This document shows, in pieces, positions 40,045-53,782 of a DNA stretch of 64,000 nt. Numbering within the stretch: position 1 is the first letter of the stretch; every line of letters begins with the position of its first letter. The notes under the pieces were generated by a model. The model did not search any database, was not told the origin of the DNA, and saw nothing but the letters and a program-made list of their open reading frames with translations. Position numbers and translations under genes: made by a program. Source of the DNA: Octopus vulgaris (Eukaryota); contig OX597827.1 in assembly GCA_951406725.2 (NCBI GenBank), positions 75,392,001 to 75,456,000 of the forward strand, written 5' to 3'.

Positions 40045-41281
40045 GTTGAGTAAAAAGTAAGCAACGTTTGGGACCATAAGGAATTTGTACCGAATTTTTT
40101 GCAGAGTTTTGAATTCTTTTAAACATTTTTTTTGCAATTGTCTGATAATACACAGAATTTTTTTTCACCGTTGTTACAATCATCTGAAATCGAACTGTCA
40201 AAGCGCGATATTCGAGCCATTTTGCTATTCAACTTCAAAAATGGACGTAAAACAGCTGAAACTGCTCGTGATATAAAGGAAACATTTGGTGAGGAAATGA
40301 CCAGTGAAAATGGTCAGCTCGAAAATGATTTAAACGATTTCGCAGTGGAGACCTGAGCCTTGAAGACTGTGAACATAATGGGCGCCCATCTGTCATCGAT
40401 GACGGTCAATTAAAAATCGTCATTGGGAAAGATCCACGTAAAACCACTCGAGAACTGGCAAAAGAACTTCAAGTTAGCCAGAAAACCGCCTGCAACCATT
40501 TGCATGCGATCGGAAAATCAAAAAAGCTCGACAAATGGCTGCCACGCAATTTGAATGAAAATCAGAAAATGCTCAGATATGAAATTTGCTCGTCACCTCT
40601 CCTACCTAACGTGACCGATCTGTTTCTCGACCGTTTTCTAACTTGCGGTGTAGAGTGGATTCTGTGCAATAAAAGAAAACGTTCTTCGCAGTAGTTGGAC
40701 CAAAATGAAGCACCGGAAACCTTCCATAATCCCGATCTCTTCAAACAGGTCATGGTGACTGTTTGGTGGTGTACTGCTGGACTCATCCAATATAACTTCT
40801 TAAAACACGGAAAAACCATTACTGTAGAAACATATTGCCATGAAATTACCAAAATGAACGAAAAACTGCTACTCCTCCGTCCCAGACTGGTCAATAGAAG
40901 AGGGCCAATCAATCACCGTGACAATACTCGACCACACGTTTCACTAATGATGCTTCAGAAGATGAGGGAACTTGGCTACAAAGTTCTTCTCCAACCAGCT
41001 TATTCCACAGACCTTTCTACCAACTATCACATTTTCAAGTATCTTGATGGTTTCCTGCGAGAGAAGAAGTTCAAAAATCAAACCGATGCTGTAAGTGCGT
41101 TCAAAGAGTTCATCAGCTTTAGGACTCCGGATTTTTATGTTACCGGAATAAACAAACTTGTGACTCGTTGGCAGAAAATGTGTTGATTGTAATGATACTT
41201 AGTTTGCTAAATAGAATTTCCGCATTGTTGAAATATGTTATAATGAATTTCGTGTTTCAAAACGTTGCTTACTTTTTACTC

Positions 41282-41288
<7 letters not shown>
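40041..41288 (+). mobile_element. Full-length defective mariner transposon (Hsmar1/cecropia-like)
   Basis: ~30-bp TIRs tcaggttgagtaaaaagtaagcaacgttt / aaacgttgcttactttttactcactctga within (TA)n. Broken transposase IRAILLFNFKNGRKTAETARDI, WLPRNL, HRDNTRPH, AYSTDLSTNYHIF, LVTRWQK. Confidence 0.92.
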
Positions 41289-41358
<70 letters not shown>

Positions 41359-41556
41359 TATATAAAGTCACAATGAGGATATTTAAACCCCTTGTAGAGA
41401 TGTTTTTATCCAAGGTACAATGGTTTAATATATTGTATTTTGAAGAGATATTTCTTCAATGAATGTATTATATAAAATATCGTAAAATATTAAATATTAT
41501 TATCGAGTTTGGAAACAGGGCGATCTAATGGATACAAATGAATTAATTAATATATT

Positions 41557-41660
41557 CACCTACAATTGTTTCGTTACACAACCAATATTAAAACTACAAG
41601 ACATATGCAAATATAAAATCTTGCATTTTGAAATGCCTTGGATAGAAAATCATCAGGATG
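41557..41660 (-). ncRNA. Hammerhead-like motif with long stem-II insert
   Basis: cauc CUGAUGA [~75 nt] GAAACAAUU GUA ggug; palindromic ACAAUUGU. Confidence 0.55.
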
Positions 41661-41695
41661 CACAAAGAGCAATATAAGGACCGCATTCCGACGGA

Positions 41696-41746
<51 letters not shown>

Positions 41747-41989
41747 GCGTGTGTATGTGTGCTCTCTTGTCTTGACATCTCGTAATGTTGTAAATTCATT
41801 TCCAATATTCTACGAAAACGTATCAACAGGTGAGGGTTGGTGACAGAAAGAACATCCGGCCGTGGAAAATCTGCCTCAGTAAAACTTTTTTACCGTTTTA
41901 TGCAAGCATGGAAAAGATACCGTTAAAATTGTGTGTGTGTATACACACATACATACGCATGTATGTATGTATGTATGTATGTATGTATG

Positions 41990-42495
41990 TGTTGCATAGT
42001 CGGGTCGTTGGCGACTAAACCGGCAACCCCACCAAGCTTGCTTGGTGAGGAGGGTGTTTATTGGAAACCCTGCGGGATGAAAAACAAAACCCGTCAAAGG
42101 GCGGAGGAACTCTTGAGAGTCAACGACCATCCAATAAATGTCTTAAGACTGTATCATGCGCGGGGGCATAGAAATAATCGGACTGAATACCCGATCGCGC
42201 GGTTAAGCCATTGGGAGTGAAGGACTCCTAGCCTTTGTTGGGGCATCCTTCTAGGAGAAGGTAACTCAGGTAACTGGGATAACTCCGAAATAAAACCTGC
42301 GGCTCAGTGGTTACCGATGATGTTGACTTGTTCTTCTTTTCGGATTATGACTGCTGTTGCTTAGTGAGTGGGATTGGCTCAGTGCACAGCCTTTCCTTAC
42401 TTTAAAAAAAATCTTCTTGCACAGGCATTGCACGATAACAACATTAATTAAGCTTCGTGCAATGGCCATACTCGATAACGAGGGGGCAGCCACCA
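41990..42495 (+). mobile_element. Probable LINE (RTE-like) 5'UTR or derived element
   Basis: GC-richer island between microsatellites; ccttctaggagaaggtaactc also occurs at ~11348. Confidence 0.35.
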
Positions 42496-43564
42496 TATAT
42501 GTATGTAAGTATGTATGTATGTATGTATGTATGTAAGTATGTATGTAAGTATGTATGTATGTATATATGTATATATGTATGTAAGTATGTATGTATGTAT
42601 GTGTGTATGTATGTTTGTATGTGTGTATGTATGTTTGTATGTATGTATGCCAATATACATATGTATGTTTTTTTTTTGGGGGGGGGGGGGGTCGGCTGAT
42701 TCCGTAGCTTGCTTCTGTCCTACTCAGGAGTTTCCTCGATGTATCGTCTGTTCCTCAGACACCGACCAGTTCAGATATAAACATCTGCTGCAGCCCAATT
42801 CGTAATTTATTCAAAAACGTGTTGAGAAACTTTATTGGAAAGAAATACCGCGCTAAAACTAATTAAGATGTGGAGTTTAAAGTACATGTGTGTTTAATTA
42901 CCAGCTAATTATACGACTAGAAATTTAATTCCACATTGAACATTTTGAGATATAGTTTTCTTCGTTAGGCAGGCTTCTTCGGCTGGGTATAAAAGTGTCG
43001 GTTTTTCGGCACATTTATCCGTTGTAAACGATTTTGTAAATTCAATCTTTTGATTGAATTTGTGATTTTACACAACCTGAAGAAGGAAACCATTCTCAAA
43101 GCAGACTTATGTTGCTAACCCAAATGATAAATCGAACGCTTCTATGGGAAAATATTTTCCTATGTATAATTATACACTCTATGGTGTACATACAAGTGTG
43201 TGTGTGTGTGTACACACATGCTATCATACATCACGTGATGGACCAGACTATTGGATGCTGTTATGCATCGATGGTCACAATGCGCGTCACTTTGTTTTAG
43301 CTTTCGAATGGTGCCACCCTGCTGGTTTGGTGAGCAGGCCAACATCCACCCCCCACCCCCCGCCGCAACTGATCGGAAGAATAATCTGTTGAAGGGTTGA
43401 CCCATCTACAGTTGAGTGGACTGGAGCAATGTGAAATGAAGTGTTTTGCTCAAGAACTCAACACGTTGCTCGGTCTGGGAATCGAGCCCACGATCTAGCG
43501 ATCGTGAGAGCGACAAACTAACCACCTGGCTATGCACTTTCGCACACACACACAAACACGTACA

Positions 43565-43596
<32 letters not shown>

Positions 43597-43971
43597 CACA
43601 CACACACACACATACATACATACATACATACATACATACATACATACATACATACATACATACATGTATATATATATATACATACATGTATACATACATA
43701 CATACATGCATGCATGCATGCATGCACGCACGCACGCACGCACGCATAGATACATAATCCCAAATTTTATTTTGGTTCGCAGGAGCAACTCTTTTCTCGA
43801 AGACACATAGTGTCGTGAATTGTTCGAAATGTGGAGTAGATGAACAGCCGACAACTGTCGTTCTTTATGTTACTTGCCTTGTTTTCCATTTGTTTCTCTC
43901 GTTGTCCCCATACCTAAGTTTGCCTTCGTATTTCATGTTGTTTACATTTTGTGCCCTCCTGAACCCATATA

Positions 43972-44025
<54 letters not shown>

Positions 44026-44109
44026 TATGTCAGTATGTACATATATGTATGTGTATATGCCTATATAATTATTTTATATGATTGAACGCCACGCATCCAT
44101 TTCCATGTA

Positions 44110-44172
<63 letters not shown>

Positions 44173-44206
44173 CATACATACATACATACATACATACATA
44201 CATACA

Positions 44207-44237
<31 letters not shown>

Positions 44238-44304
44238 GTATCGACCGCTGAACTCTTCACGTTTTTTAGTCTCTCTCTCTCTCTCTCTGTAGCTCCTCTT
44301 ATTC

Positions 44305-44340
44305 CTTTCTGCTGAAGAGCACAGGCTCGAAACGTAAAAG
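44305..44340 (+). ncRNA. Minimal hammerhead-like motif (A6C core)
   Basis: cuuu CUGCUGA A GAGC acag GCUC GAAAC GUA aaag; relatives at 26375 (+), 61454-61487 (-) and ~54963-54990 (-, partial). Confidence 0.55.
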
Positions 44341-44589
44341 ACTTTTTGTCATTTTCCCCAAGCTTCAAACTAATACACCTGCTTGTTGTTCATACACCCG
44401 TCTTCGCCTTTTGTTTTTCTATAAATTTCAACTATATGTGTGCGTGCGTGTATGTGTTAATGAGTGTTAGTTTGTGTGTGTGTGTTAATGAAAAGATATT
44501 TCATAGATGTAACCAGAATGTTTTTTTTCAGTGAGCTAACGTTTGCAAAGATCTCGCTGAGATAATTCAATTCGTATTTAAGAGTATGA

Positions 44590-44657
<68 letters not shown>

Positions 44658-44976
44658 ACTGAGTGTATGCGTGCGTGCGTGAACAAAGGCTAAAAGGAAT
44701 TCCAAATGGGAAATATATCAATATACATGCGTACATTAAAATAAGGTATGAAGTTTATTCTGCCGAATTAGTAAAACTGCGCGGCGTTACATTAAGTAAT
44801 AAGTTGCAACAATTTAATCAGAAACACAACAAAGAGCCAAACGGAAAATTCACACACGAGACGGGACGTTGCTCATTCCTCGTCAGTTATCGACCAAAAG
44901 ATCATTACGATTTCACGCCTTCATATATATATGTATGCGCTTGTGTATGTGTGTGTGAGTGTGTGTTTGTGTATGA

Positions 44977-45037
<61 letters not shown>

Positions 45038-45054
45038 CGTGTGTGTGTGTGTGT

Positions 45055-45870
45055 ATACAGGATGTCCAGGCTAAATTTGACGATTTTGGTGTATTGGTGA
45101 ACACTCAGCGGCTTGGAGAGCATAAACATTAAAGTTGTAGTTGAAAAAAACTTAGCTGACATAAAGTCCTGAAAACCATCTGAATACTGGAAAGGAGTTT
45201 TCCGTATCATGAAGATTCGCGTCGAGCATCAAAATGCCGGCATCATGACTGCTGTTCGATGTTCTGCGAACCCTGCAAAGGTTGCAACATGTGTCATGGA
45301 CAGCTGTAACGGGGACTACGAAGCTGTGGTCAACAGAAAGGGTCATAGCAGACGTTCTGACTGCGTCCTTGCGCTGGGATCAATCCAACAGTAATAGAAG
45401 AGGGCCCTGGGCTCAATTCAGACGGCTGGAGACTGTGATCAAGGACTGACTGGAGAGAGAGTGGCAGCAAGGTTCGGCCCCTTGCTATACTTCCGGAAAG
45501 AGTGAGACGTGGTTGTCGGAGGATTTCTACGACTTCACCCAGACCCAGTTTCTGGCCCCCTTATTCCTCAATTGTAATCTCATGGATTTCGATGTGTTGG
45601 ACGCGGTTGAGAAAGACACAAACCGCTCTACCCGCAACACTAAGACCGGGCTGGTGTCCAAGATCAAGAAGGAGTTCGAAGATCTTCCCAGGGACACAAT
45701 CAGGAGCGCATGCGCCAGGTTCGGAAGCCTTCTTGAATATGAGGGCTGCTACTTTGAGTGAACTGTTGTCTCCTTGCCATAATCTAGTCGATTTTTGTGT
45801 TTAAATAATTCATATTTGGATTGGGCATTGTGTTTTCTTTTCCTGTTATGCATATATCTACGCTCTTCTG
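45055..45870 (+). mobile_element. Decayed Tc1/maT-like transposon
   Basis: ta|caggatgtcc end; FWPP.S..CNLMDFDVLDAVEKDTN...IRSACARF...EGCYFE. Confidence 0.65.
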
Positions 45871-46057
45871 TTATTGTTATTATAAGAGCATAGCATGGTG
45901 TTTTAAGCTGGTTTTTCTTGTTGCTAACCGTGAGCTATACAGAGACTTTCAGCTAATCGAATTTTTCTCGTAACTTCGATATCGGAAAAAACCTTCGACG
46001 CCAACAAATTGTTATTCTTCCCGACCGTCCACTGTCCATCCGAGAGTAGGAAGCTGT

Positions 46058-46142
<85 letters not shown>

Positions 46143-46199
46143 GTATGTAGGTATGTAGGTATGTATATATATATGTTTGTATGTATGTATATATGTGTG

Positions 46200-46230
<31 letters not shown>

Positions 46231-46278
46231 GTACGTATGTAGGTATGTATGTAGTATATATATATATGTTTGTATGTA

Positions 46279-46343
<65 letters not shown>

Positions 46344-46344
46344 A

Positions 46345-46592
46345 ATGCGCCCTTTTAAAGGGTAGCCAGGTTCATACGCGCGGTTTCCCGGTTTCAATGG
46401 CGTATGTGTTCCCCATCTGGACTGGACGCCAGTTCATCGCAGCGTTACTCATTTTTGGCAACTGAGTGGACTGGAGCAACGTGAAATGAAGTGTTTTGCT
46501 CAAGAACACAACGCGTCGCCCGGTCCAGGAATCGAAACCACAATGTTACGATGATGATACTGACACCTTAACCAGTAAGCCACGCACCTCCA
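46345..46592 (-). mobile_element. tRNA-derived SINE family C
   Basis: A/B-box-like head plus cttgagcaaaacacttcatttcacgttgctccagtccactcag core. Related pieces at ~2226, 4480, 12300, 25720, 28070, 31805, 35110, 43410 and 47790. Confidence 0.75.
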
Positions 46593-46670
46593 CACACAAT
46601 ATATATATATATATATATATGAAAAAACAAGTCAAAAATAGAAAATGCTAAAATAATTTTATAGTGAACA

Positions 46671-46714
46671 TTTCAGTACCGGTTTCGGTCATTTTGAGAC
46701 CTTTTCAACTGTAA
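46671..46714 (-). ncRNA. Type-I hammerhead with U3-A8 covariant core
   Basis: uuacag UUGAAAA GGUC ucaaaau GACC GAAACCG GUA cugaaa; palindromic ACCGGU. Confidence 0.65.
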
Positions 46715-46963
46715 CGATTAAATAATTAAATTTAGAAAAATTAGAAGAAAAGTCTTTTTAAAAGAATATTTCTATAGTAGTGTTCAGATTTAAGTGGCAT
46801 TCTGCCTTTCTCTGACTCCCTTGTTTGCACTTGTGTGTCGGAGGTCGTTGTGAGTTCTTGGAAGGGTAGTAGAGGAAGAAGGCTGGTGGGGAAAGGGGGA
46901 TGGGAGAATCTGGGAGTGCCCTGATGGTCGTATATATCAACTCGTGTGTTCCTTTTCACCCTT

Positions 46964-47024
<61 letters not shown>

Positions 47025-47033
<9 letters not shown>

Positions 47034-47402
47034 GGCAGTTTGTCTGTGTGTGTTTCTGTGTGTCTGTGAGGTTGTAACCCTCACCCTGACCACGGCTTTC
47101 AACCGATTCTGATGAAACTTGACACACACATAGCCCAATGTCATAATTCAAAACTAACGCAGCGAAAATTTTTAAAAGTTCCCCCAGTTATGAAAAAAAT
47201 CGATAAATTCGACATGGGGTCGAGAATCAGAAACACAAACCACAGACTGTCTAGGGAACGCAACTCGACCTTTTTTAACTCTCAAAAAAAATTTGCCATC
47301 ATTTTTTTTCCATTTTTTTGCTATTTTTTGGCTATAACTCTCTAAAAATGCTTTATAGTCATTTCCCTTACAAACCTGAGCAACGCCGGGCGATACTGCT
47401 AG
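47025..47402 (+). mobile_element. Helitron-like element, variant 2
   Basis: Reverse complement of 24965-25343; ends gccgggcgatactgCTAG|t; embedded in (TA)n. Confidence 0.65.
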
Positions 47403-47451
<49 letters not shown>

Positions 47452-48126
47452 ATTAGGGTTGGTGACACAAATAAAAGAAAGTACTCAATATGGAAGAAGC
47501 GGATGATTCACTACGACGCTACTCGGAAGTTTTCGCTACGTGTCATCGTTCAGGCGATTCAAACGAGCGTGCCCCTAGTCACAAAATGATTCATGCCCTT
47601 CTTCCGAATCTGCATTTTTGTCTGTCTGTGTGTATGAATGTATGTATGCATGTGCTTAACATTCTTCATACAAACATTATGCTCACGTAAATGAAATATG
47701 TATATATAGCTCTCTTTGTGTGACTTCAAATAACTAAAAATAGAAGACACGCACACGTACATATATATATATATATATTTATTTTATTTATGCACCCTTT
47801 TCAAGCCTAGCCAGGCTCATGGGCCCGTTTTCCTGGTTTCTGTGGCGTATGTGTCCCACCCCCCCAGCTGGACGGGACTCCAGTCCATCGCAGCGTTACT
47901 CAAGAAACAGGAAGAGAGAGTGAGAGAAAGTTGGAGAGAAAGAGTACAATAAGGGGTCGCCACGCCACCCCACCCCCCTGCCGGAGCCTCGTGGAGCTTT
48001 TAGGTGTTTTCGCTCAATAAACACTCACAACGCCCGGTCTGGGAATCGAAACCGCGATCCTCCGACCGCGAGTCCGCTGCCCTAACCACTGGGCCATTGC
48101 GCCTCCATATGTGTGTGTGTATGTGC

Positions 48127-48165
<39 letters not shown>

Positions 48166-48394
48166 TGTGCGTGAGTGTGTGCGTGCGAGTGTGTGAGAGT
48201 GTGTGTGTGTGAGTGTGTGTGAGTGTGTGTGTGTGTGTGTTTGAAGCCCGTCGGGTGACAGATTGAGACAGCAGCCAGAGTTTCTCGTTGGCTGAGTTCT
48301 TTCTTTTACCCGCATCGTTTCAAGGAATACAATCAAGAATAGATATCAATTATTATTTCTTTCATTAATGAAAATAAAACAAACAAAAGACAAC

Positions 48395-48820
48395 GCAGGA
48401 GTGGCTGTGTGGTAAGTAGCTTGCTAACCAACCACATGGTTCCGGGTTCAGTCCCACTGCGTGGCATCTTGGGCAAGTGTCTTCTACTATAGCCCCGGGC
48501 CGACCAATGCCTTGTGAGTGGATTTGGTAGACGGAAACTGAAAAAAGCCTGTCGTATATATGTATATATATATGTGTGTGTGTGTGTGTATATGTTTGTG
48601 TGTCTGTGTTTGTCCCCCTAGCATTGCTTGACAACCGATGCTGGTGTGTTTATGTCCCCGTCACTTAGCGGTTCGGCAAAAGAGACCAATAGAATAAGTA
48701 CTGGGCTTACAAAGAATAAGTCCCGGGGTCGATTTGCTCGACTAAAGGCGGTGCTCCAGCATGGCCACAGTCAAATGACTGAAACAGGTAAAAGAGTAAA
48801 GAGTAAAGAGTAAAAAGAGT
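48395..48820 (+). mobile_element. SINE A, full length
   Basis: Complete head-microsatellite-body-(AAAGAGT)n tail. Further copies at 26731-27137 (-), 58735-59097 (+) and 62979-63454 (+). Confidence 0.9.
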
Positions 48821-49106
48821 AACGTGAATATATGTAAAGGCGTTCGCGCGCGCGCGTGTGTGTTCTTTTCTAAATACTTTTAATTATTTGAAGTCTTCCT
48901 GTAAGGAAGGAACTAATTTCTTACAAAGATCCAAAGATCCGTCTTTGGAATGTAGATGTCAGAAACGATGTCACATTTTGCATATTCTTTAAGTTCCGCT
49001 TGCGTTTCCAGAGTATCACGTAGGTATTTAGTCGCTAAACCAAGTGCTCCTATTATTATTATTAACACATATATGTGTGTATGTATCTATGTATGTATAT
49101 ATTTGA

Positions 49107-49889
49107 AGGCGGCGAGCTGGCAGAAACGTTAGCAGGCTGGGCGAAATGCGTAGCCGTATTTCGTCTGCCGTTACGGTCTGAGTTCAAATTCCGCCGAGGT
49201 CGACTTTACCTTTCATCCTTTCGGGGTCGATTAAATAAGTACCAGTTACGCACTGGGGTCGATGTAATCGACTTAATACCTATGTCTGTCCTTGTTTGTC
49301 CCCTCTGTGTTTAGCCCCTTGTGGGTAATAAAGAAATACGTATTTCGTCTGCCGTTACGTTCTGAGTTCAAATTCCGCCGAGGTTGACTTTACCTTTCAT
49401 CCTTTCGGGGTCGATTAAATAAGTACCAGTTACGCACTGGGGTCGATGTTATCGACTTAATACCTATGTCTGTCCTTGTTTGTCCCCTCTGTGTTTAGCC
49501 CCTTCTGGGTAATAAAGAAATACGTATTTCGTCTGCCGTTACGTTCTGAGTTCAAATTCCGCCGAGGTTGACTTTACCTTTCATCCTTTCAGGGTCGATT
49601 AAATAAGTACCAGTTACGCACTGGGGTCGATGTAATCGACTTAATACCTATGTCTGTCCTTGTTTGTCCCCTCTGTGTTTAGCCCCTTCTGGGTAATAAA
49701 GAAATACGTATTTCGTCTGCCGTTACGTTCTGAGTTCAAATTCCGCCGAGGTTGACTTTACCTTTCATCCTTTCGGGGTCGATTAAATAAGTACCAGTTA
49801 CGCACTGGGATCGATGTAATCGACTTAATCCTTTTGTCTGTCCTTGTTTGTCCCCTCTGTGTTTAGCTCCTTGTGGGTAGTAAAGAAAT
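49107..49889 (+). mobile_element. SINE family B tetramer (4 x 184 bp)
   Basis: Units start at 49157, 49341, 49525 and 49709; junction gaaatacgtatttc. Confidence 0.9.
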
Positions 49890-49909
49890 ATATGTATGTA
49901 TATATATAT

Positions 49910-50262
49910 TTGAAGAAAATTTGTCAAGAAGAATGGGAAAGAATTCCTAAAGAAACATGCGAGTCATTGATTAAGAACTACAAGAAGAGATTGGTTGAAG
50001 AGGAACTGAATAATGGTTATGCGACGAAGTATTAAACCAGAATTATCAGTTATTTATGCTCTGTACGAATACTTTATTCACCCCATAAATATTCATAATT
50101 GTATATAAATTCCTTAGTAACTATAATTTATTAGTTTCTTTTGCATATTCTTAGTTTATGCATGTGTATGCAAATATAGTATTGGTATATCTCATTTATG
50201 TTCGTTAGAAATTAAATAAATAAATAATTTTGACATGTACGAATAATTATTTCCCCCCACTG
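49910..50262 (+). mobile_element. Tc1-like transposon 3' end
   Basis: LKKICQEEWERIPKETCESLIKNYKKRL...GYATKY* followed by a TIR-like end aataattatttccccccactg. Confidence 0.75.
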
Positions 50263-50348
50263 CATGTATGTATGTCATTATTCAGTTTTACTTCAAGATT
50301 TCTAACCTAGATCCAAGGCGCCTTCATTGGTATTTCAACAGCATCAAC

Positions 50349-50415
<67 letters not shown>

Positions 50416-50907
50416 TTTATTCATTTGGATAAATTCCAGTTCGGTTTTCTTAAAAAAATACCGCCTTGGCCAGTGTGTATATTAAATAGTCAACACTCGT
50501 ATGCCAACCAATTTTACACCCGCTGATGAAGGATGACCACGGGTATATAATTGTTCGCATTCTTATCAGAAACATGTAATCGATATAATCGATTGTTCCC
50601 CTTCCCGCAAATTTCTAGGGTTTTGCACAACAAGGATAGTTTGTCCATTAATTAATAATTTGCTTAATCATGGTTCTTCATGAATCGTGATTTATAATTT
50701 GTGATTGTTCATCAAGTATACCTCTCAGTTATATGAATGTTTCATTGTCGTTTGAGAATCCCAAGTTAACTTACATCATATAATTACTGTTTACTCGGCC
50801 AGATTAGTAGCTCGCTGAGTACTCTTCGTTGAGTAATTATTACATTAGAGGATCAGCTAGCTGGGAAACATATGTAGTCTGGATTTTACCTGTTCACTCC
50901 TTCAATT

Positions 50908-50945
<38 letters not shown>

Positions 50946-51208
50946 GTATAAAAAATATATATAAAAATACAAAATGGGACAAGAACGCAAAACACTCAAA
51001 GAGACGACACAAAAAACGGACGGGTCATTCGAAGCCTCTAATCTTCAGTCAAGAACCGGATCATCCTCACACTTTCGGCTGTACCCTTTTCCCAGCATCA
51101 GAGTTTTGTTTCGTGGGTTTTTTTCTTTTCCAGTTTATTTCGCATGCCTGCAACGAATGTGACATTGAAATCATGCGTAAACAGTTCCTTTCCCCCAGAA
51201 AAGGAAAG

Positions 51209-51319
51209 ATTTGGCTGCTATTTCTTGCACGCCCTGCTACCACGTAACAGCTATTTCGGATCCTTTATCACATATAGCTGTTACGTGGTAGCAGGACGTG
51301 CTAGAAAGAGCAACCAAAT
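51209..51319. repeat. 46-bp-arm hairpin built from a dispersed repeat end
   Basis: atttggctgctatttc...acagctat / atagctgt...gcaaccaaat; the same end motif occurs at ~19901, 29541, 39166 and 57482. Confidence 0.8.
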
Positions 51320-51986
51320 TTTTAACGGTGAGATACGTTGAATGAATGCACTCGGAAAAACCTATGGCAAAAAAATTATTTCACACCGAGATTACGAAAT
51401 ATTTACCATAATTTTAAAGTCATTTTCACTTTAAAATATTTTTTAAACATGCAACAAGAATTTTATAATGATATTCACTTGAAAATGAATTTAAAAAACA
51501 TTAAAATATTGTCTGTTTAAAGAAAGCTAAAATATAAATACTTACTGTACAAACAACTTACATTTTTGGAATCACATTGACTTTAAAATATCTCTAAATC
51601 ATTAGAATATTGTGTTTAGCAAAAGCGCAAATAGAAACATCTACTGTAAAAAGCAAATCGTATTTTCTCGTTGTCAAGTCACTGTCTCATCGAAAGGTAA
51701 GAGTTTCTTCCCTTTCAGGGTTAAGTTATTTTCGGCGAATTTTCCCATTATGCACCGTTTAATATCTCAATAATCAGTTGTCCGATTTACGCGAAACTTC
51801 TTTCATTCCATTTGTATTCACACTTCAGGGGACACTTAATTCACAGTGTTTTCCCATTATGCGCCAGTTTGGCTGAGTAACATTGTAAGCAATATTCAAG
51901 CTCACTTTTAATCTATCATATATGTATGTGTGTATGTATATGAATATACATATACATATATATATACACATACATACATACATACA

Positions 51987-52020
<34 letters not shown>

Positions 52021-52364
52021 CAAATATGCATATACATATTCATATATATGGAAATCATTCCTTTTTGATATGTTTTATAGAAAACACGACAGACCATGTC
52101 TCAGAAGATTACCGACACAAATACATGAGGCATTGCACCTCTTCAAAATACATAAACCTTACACAAGATATACTCCGATAACCAAAAGCATACTAGCGCC
52201 AGAACAGAAGAACATATAAAATTGATTGCTCTCAGTAATTCAACTACGGCCATACTGGAACACCTTCGTCAATGGATTAATCGGTTATTTCTACCCAAGA
52301 ATTTGTATTTCCTTATTTAATCGAATTCTTCTGAACTTTTTAACCTTGTTTATTATATAGAAGA

Positions 52365-52465
<101 letters not shown>

Positions 52466-52545
52466 AATCTATTTGTTGGTCTTCCTTGTCTGTTTTTTTT
52501 CGTTTTGTTTTGGGGGTTTTTTTCTGCCCTCGATGTTTTCTTGTA

Positions 52546-52604
<59 letters not shown>

Positions 52605-52656
52605 GTCTGTCTATTTATATATCATCTATATATCTACCTACCTATCTATCTATCTA

Positions 52657-52689
<33 letters not shown>

Positions 52690-52692
52690 GTC

Positions 52693-52743
<51 letters not shown>

Positions 52744-52761
52744 ATCTATCTATCTATCTCC

Positions 52762-52798
<37 letters not shown>

Positions 52799-52805
52799 AT
52801 CTATC

Positions 52806-52849
<44 letters not shown>

Positions 52850-52881
52850 TTATCTATCTATCTTATCTCTCCATCTATCTG

Positions 52882-52931
<50 letters not shown>

Positions 52932-52971
52932 CATCCATCTCTCTATCTGTCCGTCTGTCTATCTATCTATG

Positions 52972-53048
<77 letters not shown>

Positions 53049-53782
53049 GTCTGTCTGTCTGTCTATGTGTGTGTGTGTATTTGTCTGTATCAGTGCACCG
53101 AAACCTTTCTTCACTTGCGATACACTTACCTTCTTTTCAAAATTCCGCATCATGCCTGAACAAAAATTATAACCTAAAGTATAAGGGGGAAAAAATCGTA
53201 TTCAGGTTACACTACGGCACACCTAGCACCGTCTCGTACCACACCGCAGTGTGCCGCGGCACACTGGTTGCAGAGCACTGGTCCATATATATCCGCCTCT
53301 TTCTTTCTGTCTCCCTTTCTCAGTACACGATCTCAGATCAAATCACTTGCTATGCAAGTACATCTCCGCAATTTCTCTTTATCGTTTTCGTTCTATGTTT
53401 TTCCTCTGCCTTTAAACGTAACAAAATGCAGGTCGGAAAGAAGAGAAAGGGATTCGATAGGAGATATAGAGACTGGGAGGAAGCGAGAGAGAGAGAGAGA
53501 GAGAGGAAGGAAGACAGACGGAAGAGTATGAGGAGAGGCGATGAAGGCAGAGGTAGATGAGTATAGTGGAGGGGGGAGGAGGAGTTACATCAGTAAATTA
53601 TGGATAGAGAGAGAGAGAGTGAGGTAGGAGAAATAAGAGGGAAGCGGTCGTCCGGGGAACTGGTGCATTGAAGTACTTTTATAACTGTAGTACTGGGATG
53701 GAGTAGATGTAATGGTGACAGCTTCAGTGATGGTGGTGGTGGTGGTGGTGTAGGGAATGACTTATGTAGCCCTACATTCCCT

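Noticed and set aside
40695-41186. Mariner ORF as an active or domesticated transposase
   Set aside because: Stops, frameshifts and altered catalytic motifs; no SET domain nearby.
41990-42300. HDV-like ribozyme, as expected at some RTE 5' ends
   Set aside because: I could not build the nested double pseudoknot by eye.
47517-47556. Hammerhead-like CUGAACGA...GAAAACU..AGUA on the minus strand; also CUGAAGA at 43077
   Set aside because: Needs core insertions and lacks a credible stem II or GAAA; too degenerate to call.
48030-48107. tRNA-like sequence on the minus strand, and the other SINE heads
   Set aside because: A/B boxes are present but run into SINE bodies; no convincing cloverleaf.
49157-49889. 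CRISPR-like regular arrays (also 18200-19050, 22008-22077 and 27725-27890)
   Set aside because: Units are contiguous tandem copies without unique spacers; no cas genes; eukaryotic context.
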